Both the position numbers and the translations under genes were made by a program. From Gammaproteobacteria bacterium (GTDB lineage: Bacteria > Pseudomonadota > Gammaproteobacteria > Eutrophobiales > Eutrophobiaceae): a DNA stretch of 64,000 nucleotides. Numbering within the stretch: position 1 is the first letter of the stretch; the number at the start of each line of letters is the position of its first letter. Below the pieces are notes generated by a model. It did not search any database, had not been told where the DNA came from, and was given only the letters and a program-made list of their open reading frames with translations. Positions 19,181 through 30,100 of the stretch are shown one piece after another. The DNA lies in the NCBI GenBank assembly GCA_965238225.1, contig OZ250183.1, positions 1,568,001-1,632,000 on the forward strand. Direction: 5' to 3'.

Positions 19181-19684
19181 ATGCGCAGACACAAAAACAA
19201 TAATTTGCAATCTGGTTTTACTCTTCTTGAGTTGATGACTGTTATTGTTGTGGCAGGAATTTTGTTTGCTATAGGCTTGCCTCAGTTTGAGGGTTATATT
19301 AACTCTAGCCGCCTTACCGCACAGTCAAACTCTTTGCTTACCTCCTTACACTTTGCGCGCAATGAGGCTATCACTAGAGGGCATAGCGTAAACGTATTGT
19401 CACTAAATGGTAGTAATATCTGGACAAACGGTTGGCAGGTGCGGCTGGATGTAGATAATCAGGGTGATATTGATGTGGAAGATATTGCGATCCGCACCTA
19501 TGAACCCATTCAAAACTCCACACTTATTGGTGATGCAAGCAGAGTGACCTATAAAGCAACGGGTTTTGCCAAGACAACAGTTAAGATTACCCTACGACCC
19601 AATAATTGCCGCTCTGGTACGCAACAATCTGTAATCCGTGTAAGATTATCTGGCCTTGCCATAGCTAAAAGAGAAAGCTGTTAG
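19181..19684 (+). CDS. fimT: Type IV minor pilin FimT/FimU (GspH-like)
   Basis: G|FTLLELM prepilin site; ARNEAITRG; first gene of the minor pilin operon. Confidence 0.85.
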   Translation: MRRHKNNNLQSGFTLLELMTVIVVAGILFAIGLPQFEGYINSSRLTAQSNSLLTSLHFARNEAITRGHSVNVLSLNGSNIWTNGWQVRLDVDNQGDIDVEDIAIRTYEPIQNSTLIGDASRVTYKATGFAKTTVKITLRPNNCRSGTQQSVIRVRLSGLAIAKRESC

Positions 19685-19702
19685 AATGCTTAAGGAATAT
19701 TC

Positions 19703-20197
19703 ATGCGTAAAAAAACTACTATCCATAAAGCAAAACACATAAGGGAAACAAAAAACCCAAGCAAGAACCTGAGTGGCTTCACCTTGCTTGAAGCGCTCAT
19801 TGCGCTTTTGGTCTTATCAATCGGGCTGCTCGGGCTTGCTGCATTACAAGCCAATGCGCTCAAGTTAAATCACGGTGCTTATAACCGCACGCAGGCAACC
19901 TTTCTAGTCCAGGACATGATGGACAGATTGCGTGCTAACCGTATAGCTGCGCAAGAAGGAAGATGTAATGTTGGTATGGGCGATCAAATCACCGGAGGAG
20001 GATTGTGCCAAGCAGATGTTAATGACTGGCAAGTGTCTTTCGTTAGAAATTTTCTGCCAGAGGGTGAAGGAAAGATTGACTGTGCCACGGAGACAGAGGT
20101 CTGCACCATCGAAGTGCAATGGGATATAAGTCGCGAAGGCGGCTCTGTTATTGACGGTTCTAATATTGCGAATTTTGAAATTACCGCTTTTCTTTAA
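19703..20197 (+). CDS. pilV: Type IV minor pilin PilV
   Basis: GFTLLEALIALLVLSIGLLGLAALQ...DRLRAN. Confidence 0.92.
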   Translation: MRKKTTIHKAKHIRETKNPSKNLSGFTLLEALIALLVLSIGLLGLAALQANALKLNHGAYNRTQATFLVQDMMDRLRANRIAAQEGRCNVGMGDQITGGGLCQADVNDWQVSFVRNFLPEGEGKIDCATETEVCTIEVQWDISREGGSVIDGSNIANFEITAFL

Positions 20198-20253
20198 CAA
20201 CTATATTTTTCCTGAATTACTGTTTTTTAAACTATTTATGAAACGGAAGATAT

Positions 20254-21297
20254 ATGGCATATTTAAATAACCCAAGACAACAGGGGTTTTCGTTGATTGA
20301 GGTCATGATTGCGGTAGTCATTGGTATAGCGCTGCTTGGCGGTGCTGTCAATATATTTATCAGTAATAATAATGTATATCGCTTAGAAACGCAGTTATCG
20401 CGCATGCAGGAAACCGGGCGTTTCTTGATCGATACTATCGCAAAAGAAATTCGTATGGCAGGATTTATTGGCTGTGGTCATCGTCAGCTTATCGAGCCTA
20501 ATACCTTAGTCGCCGATCCGCCCTTTGCTATTGAGGACGAAAATTCTATTAGAGGTTTTGAATTCGAAGGAACGACATGGAATCCTGCCTTGCCAGATTT
20601 TATTACAGCAAGCAGTGACATTAATGCCACTGTATTACCGTATACTGATGTTATCGCTATACAGCGAGGCGATACTTGTTCGGCGACATTAGCTAATGAT
20701 TTGCTTACATTTGGTGACGAGGTAGAGCTAATAAGTAATGATTGTAATTTTCAAGAAAACCAGATAGTCATTATTACTGATTGTGCAGACACTGCAGACG
20801 TCTTTATGATCAACAATGATCCGAGCGGCAACAGCTTGGCGCATGCGGAAGCGTTGAGCAAGAAGTACAGATCCAATGATGGATCGCAAGTACTCAAGTA
20901 TTTGACTAATGTTTTCTATATTGAAGAAAACACAAACAGGGAGCCGTCTGCTTGGCTGGCCTCATGGGATCCAGCCGCTGCCGCCAGAGGGGAATCAGAT
21001 GCCAGAGGGGACTACATGATATTCGAGCTCGCTGATGGTGTTGAGCGTATGCATATCCTGTATGGCATTGACACCAATGATGATCAATATGTCGATGAAT
21101 ATGTGACGGCAAACAATGTAACAGATTGGGGCACAGTCTCGAGTGCGAGAGTTAACGTGTTGGTGCGCAGTGATAATAACATCACCTTAGAGGCGCGCCC
21201 TTTCCAGTTCGACGGCGAGGATGTCAACACTGATAATGACACAAGACTACGCCTCGCATTTTCTGCTACAGTCACTTTGCGTAACCGACTGCCCTAA
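20254..21297 (+). CDS. pilW: Type IV minor pilin PilW
   Basis: GFSLIEVMIA, QETGRF...IRMAGF.GC, C-terminal TVTLRNRLP. Confidence 0.92.
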   Translation: MAYLNNPRQQGFSLIEVMIAVVIGIALLGGAVNIFISNNNVYRLETQLSRMQETGRFLIDTIAKEIRMAGFIGCGHRQLIEPNTLVADPPFAIEDENSIRGFEFEGTTWNPALPDFITASSDINATVLPYTDVIAIQRGDTCSATLANDLLTFGDEVELISNDCNFQENQIVIITDCADTADVFMINNDPSGNSLAHAEALSKKYRSNDGSQVLKYLTNVFYIEENTNREPSAWLASWDPAAAARGESDARGDYMIFELADGVERMHILYGIDTNDDQYVDEYVTANNVTDWGTVSSARVNVLVRSDNNITLEARPFQFDGEDVNTDNDTRLRLAFSATVTLRNRLP

Positions 21298-21309
21298 GGA
21301 GGCTCAACT

Positions 21310-21885
21310 ATGGCAAATTTTTCCACTGCTTATTATTCAGGCACTCCAAAGCATCGGGGCGCGGTCTTAATCGTCAGCCTAATGATGCTCGTCATCATGA
21401 CCATCCTAGGCATTAATGCCGTGCTTACAACAACCTTGCAAGAAAAAATGACCGGTAATCTACGCAATAAACATATGTCTTTTCAGGCAACTGAGGCAGC
21501 ATTGCGTACTGGCGAAAAAATGGCGTTAACACTCACCCGTGCCCAGATATTCGATGATGATGGGGGGGCAGATGGTATGTATACGCGACAAAATTTTACT
21601 GTTAGAGAACTTCTAGATATTACATCTTCAGACGAGCTCAGCTGGCAAGATGGTAGTGATGGTAGTGCTCAATTAGCACCGCCAACGCTTTTCAAAGAAC
21701 CACAATACATTGTCGAAAATTATGGTGAATCACCGCGTAACAAGAGCTGCATGAGAAACGCTGCCAAGCAGTCTTGCGGTAATCCCAGTTGTTGCCTAGC
21801 TAGAGTTTATCGTATTACCGCGAGAGGATTCGGGATTAATAATATAGGTGGAACTGTGTTGCAATCAACAGTCAGAGAACAATAA
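21310..21885 (+). CDS. pilX: Type IV minor pilin PilX
   Basis: RGAVLIVSL (no Glu5), FQATEAALR.GE, YRITARG. Confidence 0.92.
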   Translation: MANFSTAYYSGTPKHRGAVLIVSLMMLVIMTILGINAVLTTTLQEKMTGNLRNKHMSFQATEAALRTGEKMALTLTRAQIFDDDGGADGMYTRQNFTVRELLDITSSDELSWQDGSDGSAQLAPPTLFKEPQYIVENYGESPRNKSCMRNAAKQSCGNPSCCLARVYRITARGFGINNIGGTVLQSTVREQ

Positions 21886-22082
21886 TTCAATGCTCTTACA
21901 TGTGAAATTTATACGTGCGAAGTAAAATGAACTAAAACTAACAACTCAATTATTTTTTGTAGTTGAGCCCAATTAATGTCATGCCTGACATACAGTCAGA
22001 GACTTAGTCTAGATACACTAAAATCAACCACTATTGTAAATTTAATGATATAATTATATCCGAGGGTAAAGATTTAAGATTA

Positions 22083-22538
22083 ATGAGAACTAATATAAGA
22101 TCAAACAGTGGATTTAGCTTGATAGAATTGTTGACAGTCGTTGCTGTTATTGGCATTTTATCTGCTATTGCTGTCCCTGCATATAATGGTTATATGGTTG
22201 ACACTAGAAGAGCGCAGGCGCAGGGTCTCTTGCTTGAGGCGGCTGCATTCGTGGAACGATATTATACTGAAACAGGAACATACGCGGGTGCCACCTTACC
22301 GTTCACACAACACCCTAAAGTGGGGGATGCTATATATCGCTTTGCCTTTTTTACGCAAGAAGCGAATGTCTTTAAAATAAGGGCATTGCCCCAAGACGCT
22401 CAAAAAGATGCGGATACGAAATGTGGCATACTAGGGGTGACAAGCGCGGGAGGTAAGTGCATCGCTAATGGGCACCAATGCAGCGATAGCACTGCTGCTT
22501 GGGTTAGAGCTAAAATGGCTAAGTCTGGATGCTGGTAG
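22083..22538 (+). CDS. pilE: Type IV minor pilin PilE
   Basis: GFSLIELL...PAY...RRAQA...ERYYT...DTKCG...CW. Confidence 0.92.
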   Translation: MRTNIRSNSGFSLIELLTVVAVIGILSAIAVPAYNGYMVDTRRAQAQGLLLEAAAFVERYYTETGTYAGATLPFTQHPKVGDAIYRFAFFTQEANVFKIRALPQDAQKDADTKCGILGVTSAGGKCIANGHQCSDSTAAWVRAKMAKSGCW

Positions 22539-22913
22539 GTCTGGATGCTTGGGGTATCAAAGATTAATACAAAAAAATTCTGTGTAATTAAAAATACAGG
22601 ACAAATATCTTATCCATATTGCCTTTTCTTATCCATATTGCCTTTAATGTTTGATAAGGAAGTGATGTTGAATCAGAAGTAATATTGAATCAGGGAAATA
22701 CTTGAAGGCACTATTTTAACAATCACCCGATCATCATCTTAACCTATTGCTTGGTCTATATCTTGTGGTCTATAGCGCATACTGATACTGCGATAGTTTT
22801 CATTTTCACACAAAACACCCAGTACGCAGCTTTTGCTGTTAAGTTTATCTATACAAAATGTTATAAAACTTCAGACAGCGCACAAAATCTACGCCCAACT
22901 ATGCTCAAAGCCT

Positions 22914-22944
22914 ACCGTTTATCGAAATTAAAATACCATTTATC
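22914..22944 (+). promoter_or_regulatory. LytTR/AlgR-like direct repeat boxes upstream of pilY1-1 (copy of fimT promoter)
   Basis: ACCGTTTATC (22914) and ACCATTTATC (22935), 21-bp spacing; spacer aattaaaat and downstream agataa shared with 19057-19092. Confidence 0.6.
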
Positions 22945-23112
22945 AGATAAAGAGTGAAAACATTAATATCTTTGATACAAGCAGTTCTGTAAATAAACCA
23001 ATTATGATCTTAACTATGCTAAACATTGTGTTTGAAACTTAAGGGTCTAATACTTTAAAAAGGTTGGATGCTTAACTTAAAAGATTAATACTTAAATTAA
23101 AGAGGCAGTATT

Positions 23113-26100
23113 ATGAATACAATCAAAAAACTCATATTCAAAAAACTCATGACTAAAACCATAACTAAAAAGCCTATAAGCTGCTTTATAAGCGCAATGC
23201 TTGTTTGCTTGGTCGGCGCAAGCCAGGCAAGCTATGCTGAAAGCCTAAACTTGGCGACCACTACACCATTAGCTATCTCTGTGTCGCCTATACAACATAA
23301 TGTCTTTCTGGCGCTGGATGATTCCGGCAGTATGGGATTTCTGAAAGTGCTAACGACTGAAGCAGAAGTCTATACGCAAGAAGGGTTAAGCTACAGGCAG
23401 AAGGAGGAGGATAGTTTTAGTCAGCTCTTAGAAAAAAATGACCCTACAGGTACAGAGGAGATTAAGAGTATTGTTGCAACAGACACATCCTCTGACAGAT
23501 CTGACCCGCAACTGCTTGCACGTTGTGTCGGATATAATATTGTGGCTTATGACCCAAATGTTATCTACACCCCTTGGGCTGGTTATACAAATGCACCGCC
23601 AACTGCTGCACCAACAAATAATCCCGGAGACAATAGCACAGTAGATTTAACAGAAACCAAAATTGATTACGTCAGTCTAGGGTATATACCCTGGGAGGAT
23701 GATAACGGAAATGGTAAATTTGATGCAGGAGAATGTGCTGACGAGAAAATTGAAAATAGAGGTTACACACAGGCAGAGATTGACAGTTTATCTTTCTTCG
23801 AACAGATTGATATTAAAAGTCCAGAGACTTGGCCAGTGGATATTGACACAAGCAAATATGTTGAGCTTAATGACATGACCGCAGAACAAAAGCAAAATTA
23901 CGCCAACTGGTTTTCCTATCACAGAAAACCACTGCACGTCATGAAACATACCATGTCTCATGTTATCAATGACTCTAGCGCCCGCATGGGCTTGGCGACC
24001 TTGCATAATAATGAAAATGCTGGCACGCCTGTCTCCGATATGACCGTACAAGCTAATAGAGCAGCCTTGCTGGAAGCATTGTTTAAAATTACAGCTGATG
24101 GCCCCACACCTTTACGGGCTTTGATGCGTCGTGCAGGTAGGTACTTTGACCAAGCAGACGATAATAGTGACCATGGAGATCTAGGCTTTACCGACGCAAG
24201 TCCCATTAACTCCCAAGCAAAAGGAGGTGAATGCCAGAAAAATTTTGTCGTAGCGTTTACTGATGGTCTGTATAATGGGGAATATTCAGACACGACCAAT
24301 AGTGATGGGGATAACTCAAGCGATTATGATGGCGGTCCGCATGCGGACTCTCATACTTCCACGTTGGCAGATATTGTCATGTACTACTACGAAACTGACT
24401 TATCTACAACACTGGATAATGAAGTTACAACCAGCACCTACACCGACCCGAGTACCAATATTACCTATACAGATGACAACCCGCAGCAGCATTTGAATAC
24501 TTATATAGTGACATTTGGCATAGGTGAGTCCGAAATAACCTTGCCCATCGACCATCTCAAAACAACCTCCCCGCCCGCAGGCGGATGGCCAAACCCGGGT
24601 TCTTCAAATACCAAAGACATATTAGCTGATCTGCAGCATGCAGCCTTTAATGGCCGCGGTTTGTCGTTTTTTTCTGGTAATCCGCAACAGCTTACTGAGG
24701 CCTTTGAGACCACGCTCACCTCCATTGAACAGCGTGGCAATCTTAGCAGTACTGCTGTTGCCATCAATAGTGGCAACCTGAATGTACGATCACATGCTTA
24801 TACGGCACTCTATAGTTCAGCTGATTGGACGGGTAAGCTTTCTGCCTATGCCTTTGATGAAAATAGTGATGTGATAGATACGGCGGTATGGGAAGCCTCA
24901 GAACAGCTCCCAGTGCATACTAACCGTAAGATATTTACCATGACCAACGACACATCAACAGGGGTAGAGTTTAAGCCCAATGCGGATACAACAGCTGATA
25001 CCAGCACAGTAGAGACTGCCATTGGCACCTTGAATGTAGGCGGCACAGACTATACAGCTGCAGATATCATCAATTACATCCGCGGTGATAAGAGCCTAGA
25101 AACAAGCCCTGGGCTGCGTGTACGCACGAGTCTCTTAGGAGATATAATCAACGCTTCACCAATATCACAAAGCACAGAAAACTTTGCTAATGGTTATTTA
25201 TCTGGGACTGAAGGTTCAAGCTACAGTAATTTTGTAGCGACAAAATACGCCACCTTTGGCAATAAGAATGTTATCTATGTTGGCAGTAACGACGGTATGC
25301 TGCATGCCTTTGAAGATGATTCCATTTCTGCATCTGCAAATGGCGAAGAGCTATTTGCCTATGTGCCAAGTTCTGTGCACGGTAAACTAAAACACCTTGC
25401 TGACCCTAACTATAACCATAGATTTTATGTCAACGGCGGTATCTCTATTGCCGATGTCTATATCAACGACGCATGGAAAACCATACTGGTTGCTACGCTC
25501 GGCGAAGGGGGCAGAACCATCTTTGCACTGGACATAAGTAATCCCTTTTCATTTGAGGCAAACGATGTCTTATGGGAATACAGTTATGATGATGATGCCT
25601 TGGCAAACAGAACTAATGCTGATGAGCTTGGCTTTGTCTTGCATAAACCGCAGATTGCCCGACTCAATAATGGCCAATGGGGGGTGATTTTTGGTAATGG
25701 TTATAATAGCCAATCTGGGCAATCAAAGACCTTTATCCTGAATGCTGCAACAGGAAATGAAATCGCAGTACTGGACTCCGAGTTTGGCGATACGGCTACT
25801 GTAGAAGAATTAAATGGCATGGCCATGCCATTTCTAGCTGATGATGATAGCAACATTACTGTTGATACCCTCTACGCAGGAGACCTGCAAGGCAATCTGT
25901 GGAAATTTGATATATCCAGTGATGATAAAACAGCGTGGCAGTCTGCATTTTCTACAGGAGGAAGCCCAGCACCCTTGTTCGTTGCCTATGATGGTGATAG
26001 CACTACAGCAAAAAGGCAGCCGATCACTACGAGGCCTACAGTTGCGGTAAACAAGAAAAATGAAAATATGATCTTGTTTGGTACTGGCAAATTTATTGAA

Positions 26101-26733
26101 ATCAACGATGCCAATGCGCCGACATCTCCAGACACTTATCAACTACAGACTTTTTATGGGATTATCGATAAAGGCGCTCAGGTAGACAGTCGAAATACAA
26201 CGAATGACCTGCAACAACAAACCATCACCTATCAGGATACAGGCTCAGGTGTGCGTACGGTTTCTAAAGAAACTGTCACTGGTGCTGAGACAGGTTGGTA
26301 TCTGGACTTACGCAATCCTAATCTTGAAACTGGTGTTAATGGCGGTGAGCGTGTTATCGCTAATTCTATACTGGTGGGAGATAGTATTGTCATGAGTACC
26401 TTTATCAACGCAGGCAGAATACCATGCGACCTTAGCAGTAGCAGCAATGATGGATATATTATGGTCGTCAGTGCGCTAAACGGTGCCAGCTCTGAAAGGG
26501 CTGTATTTGATAATGATGATGATGGTATCATTGATGGTGAAGATCTGCTTGATAGTGGCGATGCAGTGACAGGCATCAAAGGTGGTGGGCTGGGTGGATT
26601 ATCAATAGCAAGCGACGGGGATGGCGACAGTCGCCTGGTTCATAACTGTGATGGTGAAATATGCAGCGATAAGTTTAGCGACCCTGCTGGATTCCTCTCT
26701 GGCGGCCGCCAATCTTGGTGGCAGGTACAGTAA
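23113..26733 (+). CDS. pilY1: Type IV pilus tip adhesin PilY1/PilC, copy 1
   Basis: Signal peptide; vWA MIDAS DDSGSM...FTDG; NYANWFSY; beta-propeller motifs GSNDGMLHAF, GNGYNS, YAGDLQGNLWKFD; GRQSW end. Confidence 0.93.
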   Translation: MNTIKKLIFKKLMTKTITKKPISCFISAMLVCLVGASQASYAESLNLATTTPLAISVSPIQHNVFLALDDSGSMGFLKVLTTEAEVYTQEGLSYRQKEEDSFSQLLEKNDPTGTEEIKSIVATDTSSDRSDPQLLARCVGYNIVAYDPNVIYTPWAGYTNAPPTAAPTNNPGDNSTVDLTETKIDYVSLGYIPWEDDNGNGKFDAGECADEKIENRGYTQAEIDSLSFFEQIDIKSPETWPVDIDTSKYVELNDMTAEQKQNYANWFSYHRKPLHVMKHTMSHVINDSSARMGLATLHNNENAGTPVSDMTVQANRAALLEALFKITADGPTPLRALMRRAGRYFDQADDNSDHGDLGFTDASPINSQAKGGECQKNFVVAFTDGLYNGEYSDTTNSDGDNSSDYDGGPHADSHTSTLADIVMYYYETDLSTTLDNEVTTSTYTDPSTNITYTDDNPQQHLNTYIVTFGIGESEITLPIDHLKTTSPPAGGWPNPGSSNTKDILADLQHAAFNGRGLSFFSGNPQQLTEAFETTLTSIEQRGNLSSTAVAINSGNLNVRSHAYTALYSSADWTGKLSAYAFDENSDVIDTAVWEASEQLPVHTNRKIFTMTNDTSTGVEFKPNADTTADTSTVETAIGTLNVGGTDYTAADIINYIRGDKSLETSPGLRVRTSLLGDIINASPISQSTENFANGYLSGTEGSSYSNFVATKYATFGNKNVIYVGSNDGMLHAFEDDSISASANGEELFAYVPSSVHGKLKHLADPNYNHRFYVNGGISIADVYINDAWKTILVATLGEGGRTIFALDISNPFSFEANDVLWEYSYDDDALANRTNADELGFVLHKPQIARLNNGQWGVIFGNGYNSQSGQSKTFILNAATGNEIAVLDSEFGDTATVEELNGMAMPFLADDDSNITVDTLYAGDLQGNLWKFDISSDDKTAWQSAFSTGGSPAPLFVAYDGDSTTAKRQPITTRPTVAVNKKNENMILFGTGKFIEINDANAPTSPDTYQLQTFYGIIDKGAQVDSRNTTNDLQQQTITYQDTGSGVRTVSKETVTGAETGWYLDLRNPNLETGVNGGERVIANSILVGDSIVMSTFINAGRIPCDLSSSSNDGYIMVVSALNGASSERAVFDNDDDGIIDGEDLLDSGDAVTGIKGGGLGGLSIASDGDGDSRLVHNCDGEICSDKFSDPAGFLSGGRQSWWQVQ

Positions 26734-26790
26734 AGTTAGCCACTGCTACACACTTCAATGGTATAATTGCCTTCACGAAGGATTAAGATA

Positions 26791-27086
26791 AAAGCCAGTA
26801 TAAAATCACCAATATAAAATCAAGCGAAGGCACTCTCACAGTGCAAGCACAGATATATTTCATAGAAACAAAATATACATACGCTATCACCTTAACTTAT
26901 GTGGCTTAAGCACACGGGGCTAGCTTGAACATAGGGTGAGTTAAGTACATTTTAACTGACTTGGGGCTTAGACCAAAATATGCAAATCCGAATGCTTGGT
27001 AGAAATAGGTCTTATATAAATAAAAAGATAGAAATAAATCGAGTGTTGCAGGTAAGAAATGTGTGTTATGTTAAAGTTAGTAAAAA
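26791..27086. repeat. ~290 bp intergenic repeat after pilY1-1
   Basis: Homologous to 30895-31167 (aaagccagtataaaatcacc...gttaaagttagtaaaaaa). Confidence 0.9.
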
Positions 27087-27149
27087 ATTAAGGGTTAAGT
27101 TAAATTAAAGGGTAATTAAAAGCTTAATACTTTTAAAAAGAGGCAGTTT

Positions 27150-30100
27150 ATGGATATAATCAAAAAACTCATATTTAAAAAACTCATGACTAAAACCATA
27201 ACTAAAACCATAACTAAAAAGCCTATAAGCTGCTTTATAAGCGCAATGCTTGTTTGCTTGGTCGGCGCAAGCCAGGCAAGCTATGCTGAAAGCCTAAACT
27301 TGGCGACCACCACGCCATTGGCTATCTCTGTGCCACAAGGGGTACAATCCAATATCTTGCTGGCGCTGGATGATTCTGCCAGTATGAAAACCACGCACAT
27401 CAATCAGCCTAAGAAATTTGATTACATGTTTGAGGGATGGTATTACAAGATAAGGGATCACTTGAGCAGTCAAACCGATACCATTGAGGAACGACTCCTA
27501 GAGAAAAAAATAGTTGATTGGGATGACCTACAGATTGCTGTTGATATGAGTAGTACAAGATCTGACCCAATCCTATTTAGACGTTGTGTCGGATTTAATC
27601 CTCTGGCTTATGACCCAAATGTTATCTACGCCCCTTGGGCTGGTTATACAAATGCATCAATAACTGCTGCACCAAAAAATGACCCAGAGGACACTACCAC
27701 AAGAATAGATTTAACAGAAACAAAGACGGGATACTACGGGCATGGATATATACCATGGGATGATAAAGACGGTGATGGTAAATTTTCTCATGACCAAGAT
27801 GTGCAACTAGACCATGGTACAGGAGAATGCGCTCATGGGAGAAAGGAGCTTGCTGCTTATCCCCAAGAGTACTGGCCAGTGACTGTTGATGACAGCAAGT
27901 ATGTTGAGTTTAATGACATGACCGCAGAACAAAAGCAAAATTACGCCAACTGGTTTTCCTATCACAGAAAACCACTGCACGCCATGAAACATACCGTATC
28001 TCATGTTATCGCTAACTCTAACGCCCGCATGGGCTTGGCGACCATGAATGATAATGCAGCTGATGTCGGCACGCCTGTCTCTAATATGGCCGTAAAGGCT
28101 AATAAAGATGCCTTGCTGGCAGCGTTGTTTAAGATTACAGCTGAGGCGTCAACGCCTACACGAAACTTTATGAATACTGTAGGTCAGTACTTTGACCAAG
28201 CAGGCAATAATAGTGACCACGACACGCTGGGCTTTAGCGACGCAAGTCCCATTAACTCCCAAGCAGAAGGGGGCGAATGCCAGAAGAATTTTGCCGTGCT
28301 ATTTACTGATGGTGCTTACAATGGAACCTATTTAGACGAATGGAACGATTATGATGGGGACAACTCAAGCGATTATGATGGTGGTCCGCATGCGGGCTTG
28401 CATACTTCCACGTTGGCGGATATTGCCATGCGCTACTACGAGACTGACTTATCTACAACACTGGATAATGAAGTTACAACCAGCACCTACACCGACCCGA
28501 GTACCAATATTACCTATACAGATGACAACCCGCAGCAGCATTTGAATACTTATATAGTGACATTTGGCGTAGGTGGGGCCGAAATAACCTTGCCCATCGA
28601 CCATCTCAAAACAACCTCCCCGCCCGCAGGTGGATGGCCATTACCGTCTCTTGCTTCTGACATCAGAATTGACATGCAGCATGCAGCCTTTAATGGCCGC
28701 GGTTTGTCATTTTTTTCTAGTACTCCGCAACAGCTTACTGAGGCCTTCGAGGCCACGTTCACCTCCATTGAACAGCGTGGCAATCTTAGCAGTACTGCTG
28801 TTGCCATCAATAGTGGCAACCTGAATGTACGATCACATGCTTATACGGCACTCTATAGTTCAGCTGATTGGACGGGTAAGCTTTCTGCCTATGCCTTTGA
28901 TGAAAATAGTGATGTGATAGATACGGCGGTATGGGAAGCCTCAGAACAGCTCCCAGTGCATACTAACCGTAAGATATTTACCATGACCAACGACACATCA
29001 ACAGGGGTAGAGTTTAAGCCCAATGCGGATACAACAGCTGATACCAGCACAGTAGAGACTGCCATTGGCACCTTGAATGTAGGCGGCACAGACTATACAG
29101 CTGCAGATATCATCAATTACATCCGCGGTGATAAGAGCCTAGAAACAAGCCCTGGGCTGCGTGTACGCACGAGTCTCTTAGGAGATATAATCAACGCTTC
29201 ACCAATATCACAAAGCACAGAAAACTTTGCTAATGGTTATTTATCTGGGACTGAAGGTTCAAGCTACAGTAATTTTGTAGCGACAAAATACGCCACCTTT
29301 GGCAATAAGAATGTTATCTATGTTGGCAGTAACGACGGTATGCTGCATGCCTTTGAAGATGATTCCATTTCTGCATCTGCAAATGGCGAAGAGCTATTTG
29401 CCTATGTGCCAAGTTCTGTGCACGGTAAACTAAAACACCTTGCTGACCCTAACTATAACCATAGATTTTATGTCAACGGCGGTATCTCTATTGCCGATGT
29501 CTATATCAACGACGCATGGAAAACCATACTGGTTGCTACGCTCGGCGAAGGGGGCAGAACCATCTTTGCACTGGACATAAGTAATCCCTTTTCATTTGAG
29601 GCAAACGATGTCTTATGGGAATACAGTTATGATGATGATGCCTTGGCAAACAGAACTAATGCTGATGAGCTTGGCTTTGTCTTGCATAAACCGCAGATTG
29701 CCCGACTCAATAATGGCCAATGGGGGGTGATTTTTGGTAATGGTTATAATAGCCAATCTGGGCAATCAAAGACCTTTATCCTGAATGCTGCAACAGGAAA
29801 TGAAATCGCAGTACTGGACTCCGAGTTTGGCGATACGGCTACTGTAGAAGAATTAAATGGCATGGCCATGCCATTTCTAGCTGATGATGATAGCAACATT
29901 ACTGTTGATACCCTCTACGCAGGAGACCTGCAAGGCAATCTGTGGAAATTTGATATATCCAGTGATGATAAAACAGCGTGGCAGTCTGCATTTTCTACAG
30001 GAGGAAGCCCAGCACCCTTGTTCGTTGCCTATGATGGTGATAGCACTACAGCAAAAAGGCAGCCGATCACTACGAGGCCTACAGTTGCGGTAAACAAGAA

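Noticed and set aside
22751-22957. 68-aa ORF upstream of pilY1-1
   Set aside because: No recognisable features; overlaps the duplicated promoter
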